NCBI GenBank assembly: GCA_963667565.1
Contig: OY763415.1
Span: 1,376,001 to 1,440,000, forward strand
From: Acholeplasmataceae bacterium
GTDB lineage: Bacteria; Bacillota_I; Bacilli_A; Acholeplasmatales; Acholeplasmataceae
Length of the DNA stretch: 64,000 bases
Reading direction: 5' to 3'
The position numbers and the translations under genes were made by a program. Below the pieces are notes generated by a model. It did no database searches and was not told the DNA's origin. It was given only the letters and a program-made list of their open reading frames with translations. Shown in pieces: positions 40,663-51,601 of the stretch (positions within the stretch are counted from its first letter, which is position 1; each line of letters begins with the position of its first letter).

Positions 40663-41622
40663 TTATGCAATCGTCTTTCTCTTAAAATTACCTATAACGT
40701 TTCTCACAGGACTGGCGACTACAAATGCGTTAGGATCTAGTTTTTTAATAATTTCTGTGAGTGGGTGAAACTCATATGATGAAATAATGACATACACCAT
40801 TGTTTTTTCATGATGAGAATATGCGCCTTCCACTTTTAATAATGTAACACCTCGATAAAGATTGGTTAAAATCTCATCTACGAGCGCTTTAGGTTCTACT
40901 GTAATAATATTAACAGATAAGAAATGATAAGCCGTATGCATTCTATCCGTAATGACTGTTGATACAATAATTCTAATCACTGTATATGATGTAATGACAC
41001 CACCAGAGACGATGATGCCTGTTGTTGTCGCTCTACCACCGATGATTAATCCACCAAGTACAGCAATTGCAACATTCATTGCCATTGAGAAAAATCCGAC
41101 ACTTTTACCTTTTTTAAATGCTAAAAACTGTGCAATAATATCAAGTCCGCCAGTTGATGTTCCAAAGCGTAGAGCTCCACCGGTACCAACACCAATAAGT
41201 AAGCCCCCTAAAATAGCTGCAGTCAACGCATGTTCAACACTTGCTAAACCCATATCAACATTTGGAATCCAACTTAACATAAAGGACTGGATAAGTACGG
41301 ATATAATACTATAAATCGTAAAACGATGAGACACACCAAACCAACCTAAAATCAGAATAGGTATGTTAAATACGATAATGAATAACCCAAGAAAATGTTC
41401 AGACAATCCATAACCAAATACCTTGGTTAAAATATCTCTGATTAACTGACCAATTCCAGGAATTCCCCCTGCATAAAGTGGTACCACTGAAGCTTCAAGA
41501 AACCATGCAACACCAACACCATAAACAACTGTGAAGACAATGACTGCCACGACTCTTTCAATTTCAGGTACGACTTTTGATCTAAATTTATCGGAACGAA
41601 TCCAATCAAATAGTTTATTCAT
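40663..41622 (-). CDS. YitT family membrane protein
   Basis: GGIPGI, STGGLDIIA, RGVT...GAYS and DPNAFV. Confidence 0.9.
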   Translation of the reverse strand: MNKLFDWIRSDKFRSKVVPEIERVVAVIVFTVVYGVGVAWFLEASVVPLYAGGIPGIGQLIRDILTKVFGYGLSEHFLGLFIIVFNIPILILGWFGVSHRFTIYSIISVLIQSFMLSWIPNVDMGLASVEHALTAAILGGLLIGVGTGGALRFGTSTGGLDIIAQFLAFKKGKSVGFFSMAMNVAIAVLGGLIIGGRATTTGIIVSGGVITSYTVIRIIVSTVITDRMHTAYHFLSVNIITVEPKALVDEILTNLYRGVTLLKVEGAYSHHEKTMVYVIISSYEFHPLTEIIKKLDPNAFVVASPVRNVIGNFKRKTIA

Positions 41623-43180
41623 TTTGATCTTTTAGTATCTCCTCTAATTTCTTATTTAAATCATATCTCTCAAATAAAACCTCTGCGGTTTCTAACGTCA
41701 CTTCATCAAATGATCCAAAACCCTTTAAAGTTTCAAAATCATCATTTTCAACTTTGATTAAATCTAATATCTTCTTAGATGTTTGAGGAATGAATGGTTT
41801 TAATAATACACCCACAAATCTAATGGTTTCTACTAATTGATATAAAACATAGTCTAATTCAACTTGTTTTGTTTCATCTTTAAATAAAGCCCAAGGTGCT
41901 GCAACGTCAATATATTTATTAGCGTGTCTTGCAAGTTTAACCACTTCTTCTAGCGCATCAGCAACCTTAAGTTCATCCATTAATGTATCCATTTGTGGTA
42001 AAACATCTAATGCCTTATCCTCTAAGTTGAACTCAAAAGGTTCTTTAATACTAACCTTCTTAACGACACCATCACGATATTTTTTTGCCATACCGATGGT
42101 TCTATTCACTAAGTTACCAATGGTATTTGCTAAATCGCTATTATTTCTTTCAATCATAAGTTCATAAGTAATATTACCATCTTGTGCATAAGGTATTTCA
42201 TGAAGAACATAATATCTTACTGCATCGACACCAAAATACTTCACCAAATCATCGGTATACATCACATTACCAACAGATTTACTCATTTTACCCTTATTGA
42301 CTAAAATCCAAGGATGACCAAATATTTGTTTTGGTAATTCCACACCTAAAGCCATTAATATAATTGGCCAATAAATCGTATGGAATCTTAAAATATCTTT
42401 ACCAATTAAATGAACATCTGCTGGCCAATAAGTTTTAAATTGTTCAGTTGCTTCTTGATCTGGATGATATCCTAGTCCTGTTATATAATTACTTAGCGCA
42501 TCTACCCAAACATAAATCACATGCTTATTATCAAAATCAACAGGAATCCCCCATTTAAATGAAGTTCTAGAAACTGATAGATCAGGTAGTGGTTCTTTTA
42601 GAAAGTTTTGAACCATTTCATTTTTTCTAGATTCTGGTTGAATAAAATTGGGATGATCTTCAATATGTTTTAATAATCTTTCTTGATATTTTTCTAGTTT
42701 TAAGAAATATGTTTCTTCAGAAGTCCAAACAAGTTCATCACCACTGGGACCTTTCCCATCAACAATATCTTTTTCAAAAATAAAGGCTTCATCTGCTACA
42801 CTATACCAACCTTCATATTTACCTAAATAAATATCACCTTGATCAAATAGTTTTTTAAAAATAGCTTGTACAGATTTTTCATGATTATCATCAGTTGTTC
42901 TAATGAAATGATCATAACTGACATCTACTTTATCATAAATACGTTTAATTTCTGATGAGATATGATCTGCGTAAGCTTTTGGCGACAATTCATTGATTGC
43001 AGCTTTATTTTCAATTTTTTGTCCATGTTCATCAGTTCCAGTTTGAAAAAACACATCATCACCTTTAGCTCTTCTAAAGCGCACAATGGCGTCTGCTAAA
43101 ATAGCTTCATATACATTTCCAATGTGTGGAATTGCCGAACTGTATGCAATTGCTGTTGTTAAATAAAATTTTTTACTCAT
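41615..43180 (-). CDS. metG: Methionyl-tRNA synthetase
   Basis: HIGN, GTDEHG, YVWVDAL and KMSKS; Met T-box upstream. Confidence 0.96.
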   Translation of the reverse strand: MSKKFYLTTAIAYSSAIPHIGNVYEAILADAIVRFRRAKGDDVFFQTGTDEHGQKIENKAAINELSPKAYADHISSEIKRIYDKVDVSYDHFIRTTDDNHEKSVQAIFKKLFDQGDIYLGKYEGWYSVADEAFIFEKDIVDGKGPSGDELVWTSEETYFLKLEKYQERLLKHIEDHPNFIQPESRKNEMVQNFLKEPLPDLSVSRTSFKWGIPVDFDNKHVIYVWVDALSNYITGLGYHPDQEATEQFKTYWPADVHLIGKDILRFHTIYWPIILMALGVELPKQIFGHPWILVNKGKMSKSVGNVMYTDDLVKYFGVDAVRYYVLHEIPYAQDGNITYELMIERNNSDLANTIGNLVNRTIGMAKKYRDGVVKKVSIKEPFEFNLEDKALDVLPQMDTLMDELKVADALEEVVKLARHANKYIDVAAPWALFKDETKQVELDYVLYQLVETIRFVGVLLKPFIPQTSKKILDLIKVENDDFETLKGFGSFDEVTLETAEVLFERYDLNKKLEEILKDQNE

Positions 43181-43199
43181 TTTTTATGCCTCCAATTAA

Positions 43200-43425
43200 A
43201 TAAAAAAAACGTCCTTGAAAAAACTCTAAGGACGAATCATCGCGGTACCACCTTAGTTCTAGACTAAATGGAGTCTAGCACTCAACACTTTAACGCAGCT
43301 GACGTTTCACTCTACATATCGAATGAAAGGCTCGAAAACCATGTTCATATAACCATTGATTCGTTTTCACCACCCACGAATTCTCTGATTTCAACTAGCT
43401 ATATTACTCTTTTTCTCATCGCCGA
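43200..43425 (-). promoter_or_regulatory. T-box riboswitch, Met specifier (ATG)
   Basis: T-box AAGGTGGTACCGCG, AGTA/AGAGA/GGTGAA motifs, specifier loop GAACATGG, terminator cgtcctt/aaggacg. Confidence 0.92.
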
Positions 43426-43476
43426 TTTAATTTCACTTATATTATATATAATATCAATCTATTTTACAATGTTTTT

Positions 43477-44319
43477 TTAATCAATAATTTTAAATGCTTT
43501 ATAAACTTCATTTTTAGCTATTTTTCTTAAACTTGCTACTTTCTTCATCGCATCTTTTTCATTCAACCCTTGACTCATGAATAATCTGACATGATCACTT
43601 AACGACATATCCTCAAATGTTAGAATTTCATGATTTCCATCAATGATTAAAACATATTCACCTTTGTTTATATGCTCCATGTCGATCGCTTCTGATAGTG
43701 TTGTTCTAATCCATGTTTCAAATGTTTTTGTAAGTTCTCTAGCAATAGCGATTTTTCTATTTCCTAAAACGTCAAATAATACTTTCAATGTATTACTTAT
43801 ACGCATTGGAGATTCATAAATGATGAGTGTTTTATCATCATGAACATAAGATTCTAAAGTCTGTTTTGCATCACTTTTTTTACGCGGTAAAAACCCAATA
43901 AACACATGAGGTTGCATGGACAACCCTGATCCTACTAGTGCCGCTAAAGAAGCGCTTGCTCCGGGGATAGGTACAACATAAAAGGATGCTTCTATCACTT
44001 TTTGAATAAGTAAATATCCAGGATCACTAATGCCCGGTGTACCTGCATCAGTGATGATTGCAAGATGTTTACCTTCATTTAAAAGTTTAATTGCTTCTAA
44101 ACTTTTTTCTTCTTTATTAAATTCATGATAACTTATCATTTGTGTGCTTATATTAAAATGTTTAAGGAGAACCCCTGAATTTCTCGTATCCTCAGCAAAT
44201 ATGTAGTCTACTTCTTTTAAAATCTCAACAGCTCTATAAGTCATATCACTTAAGTTGCCAATCGGTGTTGAGACAACATACAACGTAGGCTTAGGTTCTT
44301 TAAAACTCTTTTGAATCAA
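43477..44319 (-). CDS. rsmI: 16S rRNA C1402 2'-O-methyltransferase
   Basis: STPIGNL, AEDTR, DAGTPGISDPG, YESP and RELTK. Confidence 0.95.
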   Translation of the reverse strand: MIQKSFKEPKPTLYVVSTPIGNLSDMTYRAVEILKEVDYIFAEDTRNSGVLLKHFNISTQMISYHEFNKEEKSLEAIKLLNEGKHLAIITDAGTPGISDPGYLLIQKVIEASFYVVPIPGASASLAALVGSGLSMQPHVFIGFLPRKKSDAKQTLESYVHDDKTLIIYESPMRISNTLKVLFDVLGNRKIAIARELTKTFETWIRTTLSEAIDMEHINKGEYVLIIDGNHEILTFEDMSLSDHVRLFMSQGLNEKDAMKKVASLRKIAKNEVYKAFKIID

Positions 44320-44726
44320 GATGTAACAATCCTTTTTGCACGTTCTCTTAAGTCTCTTTCGTTATAGACTAAACGAATGATTTGTTTTTTCTTATAGTCA
44401 TCAATATTGAAATGCTCTCTAATATCTTCTAAGAAAAAATGCTCAGCAGTATTATAGAGTTCATCAATCATAGAGGTTTTTATGAGATTAAGGTAGACAA
44501 TGTTTTTAACTGCAACACTAGCTTCAGAAAAAAACTCAATCGTTTCTTTAAGATCTGCACTTAATTTAAATGTGTATTCATTAGCGATATCATCACCAAC
44601 CTCAACAAGCATTGTTTGTAAAAGTCGCTTTTCAATTTCAGATGCTTCACCATCAACTGTGACCATATGCATCGCTAAATCTAAAAATTTTAACTTTTCT
44701 TTTCTTGTCAATAAACTAAGTAACAT
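44316..44726 (-). CDS. Hypothetical protein, TerB-like
   Basis: MVTVDGEASEIEKRLL and DELYNTAEHFFL resemble the two TerB DG...E repeats. Confidence 0.55.
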   Translation of the reverse strand: MLLSLLTRKEKLKFLDLAMHMVTVDGEASEIEKRLLQTMLVEVGDDIANEYTFKLSADLKETIEFFSEASVAVKNIVYLNLIKTSMIDELYNTAEHFFLEDIREHFNIDDYKKKQIIRLVYNERDLRERAKRIVTS

Positions 44727-45433
44727 TATATGTCTCCTTTAATATATGCATGAAACATATCCGTATGTTCATGCTTGTCTTTGTATAAGATTAGTGGTGG
44801 TTCTAACACCAATGAATCCTTCCCATTTTTAATGCATTGTATTAAAACATGATTTGCTTTTTTATCCAAATAAGGATGTACAAACTTAACTCTCTTTATC
44901 GCGAGTTGATGCTTCTTGCATTCAAAGACGATTTCTGCAAATCGGTCTGCGCGATGCACCATATAAAAATAACCACCAAACTTGAGTTGTTCACTTACTT
45001 TAGCAATGAGTTTTGATAAACTTAATGTCTGTTCGTGTCTTGCAATTTGATCAGACGTTTCTAAACTTAGTTGATCCTCATGCGCTGTCTTAAAAAATGG
45101 TGGGTTACATATAATGCAATCAAGATTTTTAAATGAAGTGTTTAAATAATCACCTAAAATCAATTTGCTTCGATGCTCTAAGTGATTAAGTTCAATATTA
45201 TGTTTTGCCATTTGAAATCTTTCTTCTTGAATTTCAACACCAAAAAGGTTTGCTTTTGTCATCTCACTAGCATATAACAATAAAGCACCATTGCCAGTTC
45301 CAACATCTAATAATGTCTTTAGTCTAGCTGGTAGATTTAAAAACTTAGCTAATAAAACTGTATCCAAATTAAAAGAATGATTTCGTTCTTGGTCAATGTC
45401 TATTTGTGAACCAATCAGTTTTCTTCTGATCAA
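44726..45433 (-). CDS. tRNA1(Val) A37-N6 methyltransferase-like (YabB family)
   Basis: DTVLLA, LDVGTGNG, CNPPFF and IARHE. Confidence 0.88.
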   Translation of the reverse strand: MIRRKLIGSQIDIDQERNHSFNLDTVLLAKFLNLPARLKTLLDVGTGNGALLLYASEMTKANLFGVEIQEERFQMAKHNIELNHLEHRSKLILGDYLNTSFKNLDCIICNPPFFKTAHEDQLSLETSDQIARHEQTLSLSKLIAKVSEQLKFGGYFYMVHRADRFAEIVFECKKHQLAIKRVKFVHPYLDKKANHVLIQCIKNGKDSLVLEPPLILYKDKHEHTDMFHAYIKGDI

Positions 45434-46230
45434 TTTTTTACCCTTTTAATATCATCATTTCCAAACCATTGATCTGGCTCTTCATCTTGATAATGTACTT
45501 TCACTTTTTGGCTTAAAATATTGATATCAATGACTTTTGCTTTACCTTTTGGTGTATCTACAAACTCATTAATATCTGGTAAGATTTCTTTTAATTCTGT
45601 ATAAACATCATCTTCATAACGAATACAGCATAAAAGTTTGCCACAAACGCCTGATATCTTTTGTGGATTAAGTGCTAAATTTTGATTTTTAGCCATTTTG
45701 ATTGATACTGTATCAAACTCTCCAATGAATGTTGTACAGCACAAAATAAGACCACAAGGACCAATGCCACCAATCATTTTTGCAGCATCTCTTGGACCAA
45801 TTTGTCTAAGTTCGATACGTGTATGGAAAATCTTGTTTAAATCTTTAACTAGATTTCTAAAATCAACTCTGTCTTCGGATTCAAAATAGATTAATAATCT
45901 TTTTCTATCTAATGTATATTCAGCACCTAATACTTTCATTTCTAGTTGATTTTCTTTAACAAGTTTCTTAGTTTCATCAACCACTTGACGTTCTAATGAA
46001 ATATTATATGCTTCTGATTCTATGTCTGCTAAAGTCGCTACTCTTAAGATAGGTTTAAGTTCACTGACTAATTCAGTTTCTTCGATATCTTTAAGTGTAT
46101 ATACAGTTCCTATTTCAATGCCTCTTGATGTTTCTACTACCACTTGTTGGTTTTGAATCAAGTCAAGGTCTTTATATGAAAAATGGTATTTCTTTCCAGC
46201 TTCTTTAAATTTGATTAAAGCAACCTGCAT
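45430..46230 (-). CDS. ricT: RicT/YaaT (PSP1 domain) protein
   Basis: RVDFR, RIELRQIG, GPCG..LCC and SGVCGKLLCC. Confidence 0.93.
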   Translation of the reverse strand: MQVALIKFKEAGKKYHFSYKDLDLIQNQQVVVETSRGIEIGTVYTLKDIEETELVSELKPILRVATLADIESEAYNISLERQVVDETKKLVKENQLEMKVLGAEYTLDRKRLLIYFESEDRVDFRNLVKDLNKIFHTRIELRQIGPRDAAKMIGGIGPCGLILCCTTFIGEFDTVSIKMAKNQNLALNPQKISGVCGKLLCCIRYEDDVYTELKEILPDINEFVDTPKGKAKVIDINILSQKVKVHYQDEEPDQWFGNDDIKRVKN

Positions 46231-46234
46231 GTTG

Positions 46235-47185
46235 TCACCTCTTCTTTTCTAAGATATATGCGAGTTCATCTAGCGCAAGTTCTAGATTGATATAATAGTT
46301 TTGTTTTTGATAAATCTCTTGCATTTCTTCAATTAAGTCTTGGATTTCAAAGACATCCATTTGATCGCTTTGTTCTAAGATGTTTTCTCTTAAAAACTCA
46401 AAAGCGATACTTTGATTTGAACGATAATGAATCAAATCCATAAAATATAAAATTAAACATTCCATGAATTGTGTAAACAACATACGTTCTTGAAATAAAA
46501 ATCTTCCATATTTCGAAAAATATATCGGATAAATCACATCTCTATTTTTCCAGTTATTGGAAATGGCGATGATAAATTCAATCATTTGATTCATATTAGG
46601 ATCGCTTGCTAATAAAATCGCATCATCTAAATCCTTAGTAATATATGGCAAGATGGTTGCTTTTTCTTCTGAGACACCTTCTGACATCAATTGTTCTTTT
46701 AATTGAATTTCATCCATACTATTCAAATGAATAATTTGTGATCTTGATTTAATAGTTAAAATCACATCATCAAGATTTTCTGTTAATAAAAAACCTGTAA
46801 CTTGATGACTTGATGGTTCTTCCATAAATTTAAGCAAGGAATTTGAAGCACTTTGATTCATGCGTTCAACATTTTTAATGACATAAACTCTAGGTCCACT
46901 GACGAGTGCTGTTTTAGAAAACTCTGCTTGTAATTCTAAGATTTGTTCTTTCTTAATATTTAATCCACTAGGTTCAATGATCATTAAATTCGATAATGTT
47001 TGTGCATGAATCTGATGTCTTAACAATGTGTTTTCTTCTATACTCGATTGTTCATTAAAAATAAGATAGCAAATCTCTTCTACAAGTTTTGATTTTCCAC
47101 TACCTTTTGGCCCACTAATGATATATAAATGTGCTAAGCGGTTCTTTTTAATCGCTTGTTCAAAAAAGGTTAGCGCTTGACTCAT
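46235..47185 (-). CDS. holB: DNA polymerase III delta' subunit
   Basis: RLAHLYII.G..G.GK, SNSLLKFMEEP and TIKSR; sits between tmk and ricT. Confidence 0.88.
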   Translation of the reverse strand: MSQALTFFEQAIKKNRLAHLYIISGPKGSGKSKLVEEICYLIFNEQSSIEENTLLRHQIHAQTLSNLMIIEPSGLNIKKEQILELQAEFSKTALVSGPRVYVIKNVERMNQSASNSLLKFMEEPSSHQVTGFLLTENLDDVILTIKSRSQIIHLNSMDEIQLKEQLMSEGVSEEKATILPYITKDLDDAILLASDPNMNQMIEFIIAISNNWKNRDVIYPIYFSKYGRFLFQERMLFTQFMECLILYFMDLIHYRSNQSIAFEFLRENILEQSDQMDVFEIQDLIEEMQEIYQKQNYYINLELALDELAYILEKKR

Positions 47186-47781
47186 AGTTTATCCTTAATG
47201 ATTTTAATAATATCTTGATAAATTTCATCTAATGAGCGATTCCCATCAATCAAAACAACACGATTCGGATATCTTTTAACAATCTCAAAATAGCCTTGTC
47301 TTACCTTATGGTGAAAATCAATAGATTCTTGATCTAATCGATCAAACTTATCTCTGTGATGAATTCGTGATAATCCAACTTTAGGGTCTACGTCAATATA
47401 AAATGTCAAATCAGGCATATGCAACGTTGCATAGTGATTAATATTTAATACAAACTCAAAACCAAGATCTCTAGCATATGCTTGATATGCTAATGAACTA
47501 TCTAAATATCTGTCACATAAAACAATTTTTTTAGCATCTAAAGCAGGAATGATCACTTCATCTAAATGTTGTGCTCTGGATGCTGCATATAAAAGAGCTT
47601 CCGTGTAAGGTGTAACACCTTCATATTTGGGATTTAAAACCACATCTCTAATAGCTTCTGCAACCATTGAACCACCTGGTTCTCTAGTAGCAACAATATC
47701 ATATGAAGACAAAGCTTTTTTAATGTGTTCTATAAGTGAAGTTTTTCCAGATCCTTCTCCACCTTCAAATGTAATAAACAT
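47182..47781 (-). CDS. tmk: Thymidylate kinase
   Basis: FEGGEGSGKT, TREPGG and DRYLDSSLAYQ. Confidence 0.96.
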   Translation of the reverse strand: MFITFEGGEGSGKTSLIEHIKKALSSYDIVATREPGGSMVAEAIRDVVLNPKYEGVTPYTEALLYAASRAQHLDEVIIPALDAKKIVLCDRYLDSSLAYQAYARDLGFEFVLNINHYATLHMPDLTFYIDVDPKVGLSRIHHRDKFDRLDQESIDFHHKVRQGYFEIVKRYPNRVVLIDGNRSLDEIYQDIIKIIKDKL

Positions 47782-47813
47782 AGTTTATACGCTCCTTTTA
47801 TCATATTATACCA

Positions 47814-48527
47814 TTACTTATAATATACTCGTAATAGATAAAGTCCTCTGGCTTCTGCTGTTTTTCCAGCTAAAGCTCGATTTTGTGTTGCAAGTATTTC
47901 TTTGATCACATCGGGTTCTTTTTTATGTAATCCAATTTCGATTAATGTACCCATCATGGATCTAACCATATATTTTAAGAAACTATTTGCATGAAATGTA
48001 AATACATAATGATCCTTTGTTTCCTTAAAATCAATATCATACATATGTTTTATAGTGGGTTTGCCTTTAACATGTTGACAAAACCCTTTATAGTCATGTG
48101 TACCCATAAAATATGGATACGCTTCTAACATAGGTTTAATATCTAAGTTTCTGATATAGACTTCGTAATTTTTCTTAAAAACGGAACTTGGTTTTTTTGC
48201 TAATACATATTTATATTTTTTAGATTTCACACTATGTCTTGCGTGAAAATCATCTTTTACTTTTTTGACACTTTTTATTCTAATATCCAAGGGTAGGCGA
48301 TCGTTAACTCTTAACCAATCTATATCTAAATCACTATCGAAATGAAACGGTTGATTTATCGCATGAACACCTTTATCAGTTCTTCCTGATGCATGAATTC
48401 TAATCTCTGTTTGTGTCATCAGTCTTAATGATTTTTCAATGACATCTTGTATACCAACAGCATTTGATTGACTTTGAAATCCACTATAATTCGTTCCATC
48501 ATAGCTTACAATTGCTAAATATCTCAT
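47814..48527 (-). CDS. truA: tRNA pseudouridine(38-40) synthase
   Basis: YDGTNYSGFQ, SGRTDKGVHA, FHAR and FLKYMVR. Confidence 0.96.
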   Translation of the reverse strand: MRYLAIVSYDGTNYSGFQSQSNAVGIQDVIEKSLRLMTQTEIRIHASGRTDKGVHAINQPFHFDSDLDIDWLRVNDRLPLDIRIKSVKKVKDDFHARHSVKSKKYKYVLAKKPSSVFKKNYEVYIRNLDIKPMLEAYPYFMGTHDYKGFCQHVKGKPTIKHMYDIDFKETKDHYVFTFHANSFLKYMVRSMMGTLIEIGLHKKEPDVIKEILATQNRALAGKTAEARGLYLLRVYYK

Positions 48528-49510
48528 ACGGTAACCTTAATGTAGATGATGAGCCCTAAAATCAACAAACTGCAAAAAGCAGCAAAATAATCACTAAATC
48601 CCATTTTATATTGATCAATCTTAGTTCTTTTAGCACCAATCACATAACCTTTAACTTCCATCGCGTTTGCTAAATCTTCAGAACGATTGAATGAAATGAC
48701 AAATACTGGAATTAAAAGAGAGATGATTTGCATAATTTTTTCTCTTAAAGTTGATTCATTGAAGTCAACACCACGAGAAGCTTGTGCCTTCATGATCTTT
48801 TCAGTTTCAATAAGAAGTGTTGGAATGTATCTTAGTGTAAGTGATAATAACATAGCAAATATATCCACTGGAACTTTAATCACTTTCAATGGTTTTAATA
48901 ATGCTTCAACTGCATAATTCAAATCAGTTGTCATGGTAGTAAATGTTAATAGTGAAGTCGTAATAATGATGGTTGTGATTCTTATAAATATAAATCCTGA
49001 ACGTAATAAACCCTCATCGTAGATTTCTAATTGATAACTTGATAGCTCAATGTATGGTAATACCGCTTGAACATAAAAAGCTAGGAAAACTGCTAGAATA
49101 AAATAAAGTGTTCTAAATTTAATATACTTTTTTGTCATTTGATAAAAAACAATGATGAATATGATTGCTGCAATGCTTGCTACAGATATACTCATATCAA
49201 TAGGTTGTGCTGTAATCATCGTACCTTGTTTGACACTAAAGAGTTGAATGATAAATGTAAACATTAACAAGACAATAATTGATCTAAGACCTCTTAACAT
49301 CTTTAAAACAGATATTTTCGCACTCATTGTTAATATCAATGTGCCAACAAATAAAAGTCCTATACCAATAAATGCTAATGTATTAACTTTTAATGGAACC
49401 AAAAAGATAGCTACCAAATAGATAACGACAGCAATCAATTTTATTCTTGGATCTAATTTATGAAGCCAAGAATCACCAGGAATATACTGACCAATCATCA
49501 TTTGATTCAT
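48524..49510 (-). CDS. ecfT: ECF transporter transmembrane component
   Basis: IGQYIPGDS.LHKLDPR, AQASRG and AMEVKGY. Confidence 0.92.
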   Translation of the reverse strand: MNQMMIGQYIPGDSWLHKLDPRIKLIAVVIYLVAIFLVPLKVNTLAFIGIGLLFVGTLILTMSAKISVLKMLRGLRSIIVLLMFTFIIQLFSVKQGTMITAQPIDMSISVASIAAIIFIIVFYQMTKKYIKFRTLYFILAVFLAFYVQAVLPYIELSSYQLEIYDEGLLRSGFIFIRITTIIITTSLLTFTTMTTDLNYAVEALLKPLKVIKVPVDIFAMLLSLTLRYIPTLLIETEKIMKAQASRGVDFNESTLREKIMQIISLLIPVFVISFNRSEDLANAMEVKGYVIGAKRTKIDQYKMGFSDYFAAFCSLLILGLIIYIKVTV

Positions 49511-50352
49511 AGCTTCACCTCCTTAAGATATTGATATAAACTATCAAAATCATAAAAAGGTTTATAAGGTATATTAAGTGTTTTTTCTAGATGCTTCATA
49601 ATCTTAAGCGGTGTTGGTAATTCCAAATGGAAAGACTCAAAATGTTCATCTTTAAATAAATCTTCTTTTTTTCCATCGAATACAACATGTCCTTGATCTA
49701 GAACAATCACTCTTTTTGCATATTCGCTCACGATATCCATATCATGAGTAATCAGTATGATTGATTGGTTTTTTGATTGATGCAAATCAACAAAGATATC
49801 CATCAAATCAATTTTTCCTCTAGGATCTAGACCTCTTGTCGGTTCATCAAGAACAAGCACTTTGGGTTCCATGGCTAAAATACCAGCTACAGCAACTCTT
49901 CTCATTTGCCCACCGCTGATTCTAAATGGTGATTGTTCAAACAATGCATCATCAATACCTACTGTGTGTGCAGCAGTGATTGCTTTTAAGCGAGCTTCTT
50001 CTTCTGATATCTTAAAGTTTTTAGGTCCAAACATAATATCTTTAATAATTGATTCTTCAAATAGTTGATATTCTGGAAACTGAAAAACAAGACCAACTTC
50101 TTTTCTTAAATGGTTAATCTTTTCTTTTTTCTTAGGCGGAAGCTTTTGGTCAAAGACAATGACTTCTCCTGATGTAGGAAGTAAAAGTGCATTCATATGC
50201 TGAACAAGAGTTGATTTTCCAGAACCTGTATGTCCCACGATTGCAACAAACTCGCCTTCGGCTTCTATATTTAATTGAATATCTTCAAGTGCGATATAAG
50301 ATGTCTTGATCCCTTTATACTTATAGCCTACTTGGTTGAATTGAATGCCCAT
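49507..50352 (-). CDS. ecfA2: ECF transporter ATPase
   Basis: GHTGSGKST, VFQFPEYQLF and SGGQMRRVA. Confidence 0.93.
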   Translation of the reverse strand: MGIQFNQVGYKYKGIKTSYIALEDIQLNIEAEGEFVAIVGHTGSGKSTLVQHMNALLLPTSGEVIVFDQKLPPKKKEKINHLRKEVGLVFQFPEYQLFEESIIKDIMFGPKNFKISEEEARLKAITAAHTVGIDDALFEQSPFRISGGQMRRVAVAGILAMEPKVLVLDEPTRGLDPRGKIDLMDIFVDLHQSKNQSIILITHDMDIVSEYAKRVIVLDQGHVVFDGKKEDLFKDEHFESFHLELPTPLKIMKHLEKTLNIPYKPFYDFDSLYQYLKEVKL

Positions 50353-51131
50353 AGTGCCTCCGTAATTTTAGGATCAATCGCATCATCTTTAGATGCTCTT
50401 GTATATAATTTAACTTCAAAAGGTAATTCTAAATGTGATGATTTAAGTTTTTCTTCCTCCTTAAATACATCACTAGGCTTACCTTGTAAAATGATCTCTC
50501 CATTTTTTAATACAATGAGTTCATCAGAATCAGCAGCAAAAGATAAATCGTGTGTAATCGTGATGATTGTTTTATTCATTGTTTTATTTAGTTTTGTAAT
50601 CAGTTCAATGATTTCTTGTGTGCCTTCAGGGTCTAACATAGAAGTTGCTTCATCAAGTATTAAGATGTCTTGTTCCATAGCAAGTGCTCCAGCGATTGCC
50701 ACTCTTTGTTTTTGTCCACCTGAGAGTTGATGGGGTTCTTTACTTAAAAAGTCTTCCATACCCACTAAACTTGCATAATGAAGAACACGTGCTTCCATTT
50801 CTCTTGGATCTAAGCATTGATTTTCTAAACCAAAAGCAATGTCATGTCTGACTGTGACACCTACAAATTGATTATCGGGGTTTTGAAAAACAATACCTAT
50901 TTTTTTTCGTAATTGATTAAGGTTTTCTTCATTTAATAAAAGTCCATCAATTAAAACCTCTCCACTTGCTGGTTCAAGAAGTCCCACTAAACATTTTGAT
51001 AATGTTGATTTCCCAGAACCATTATGACCTAAAATAGAGACCCAAGATCCCTTTTTAATATCTAAATTTATATTTTTAAGCGCTTCAGTTTTTCCATCAT
51101 AAGAAAAACTTAAATTGCGTATATTAAGCAT
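50328..51131 (-). CDS. ecfA1: ECF transporter ATPase
   Basis: GHNGSGKST, FQNPDNQFVG and LSGGQKQRVA. Confidence 0.93.
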   Translation of the reverse strand: MLNIRNLSFSYDGKTEALKNINLDIKKGSWVSILGHNGSGKSTLSKCLVGLLEPASGEVLIDGLLLNEENLNQLRKKIGIVFQNPDNQFVGVTVRHDIAFGLENQCLDPREMEARVLHYASLVGMEDFLSKEPHQLSGGQKQRVAIAGALAMEQDILILDEATSMLDPEGTQEIIELITKLNKTMNKTIITITHDLSFAADSDELIVLKNGEIILQGKPSDVFKEEEKLKSSHLELPFEVKLYTRASKDDAIDPKITEALWAFNSTK

Positions 51132-51289
51132 GGTACTTCACCTACAATTCATCTATAACATTATATCACGCTTCTACTTCAATATAAAGCATTTATCATC
51201 AATATAAAATGTACTGATTTTTGTAAAATACTTTGATTTTTTATAAATTTTATTTATAATAGTCTTGTTACTGAAAGGAATTAATAATT

Positions 51290-51601
51290 ATGATTACACA
51301 TTTAACTAAAGAAAATTTTGATCAAATTGTATTAAAAAGTGAAGTCCCAGTCTTAGTTGATTTTTGGGCAGCATGGTGTGGACCATGTAAAAGAATTGCA
51401 CCTATCTTAGAAGAATTATCTGAAGAGATTGAAGGACAAGCAATTATTGCAAAACTTGAAGTGGATGATGAACCTGAAATTGCTGATGCATATGAAATCA
51501 TGAGCATACCAACAATCATCATTTTTAAAGATGGACAAATCGTTAAACAACTTATCGGATTACATGCAAAAGACGCTTTGAAAGCTCATTTAGGATTATG
51601 A
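51290..51601 (+). CDS. trxA: Thioredoxin
   Basis: WCGPC active site. Confidence 0.96.
   Translation: MITHLTKENFDQIVLKSEVPVLVDFWAAWCGPCKRIAPILEELSEEIEGQAIIAKLEVDDEPEIADAYEIMSIPTIIIFKDGQIVKQLIGLHAKDALKAHLGL

Noticed and set aside
43268..43480. 70-aa plus-strand ORF
   Set aside because: It is antisense to the metG T-box leader, which explains the sequence.
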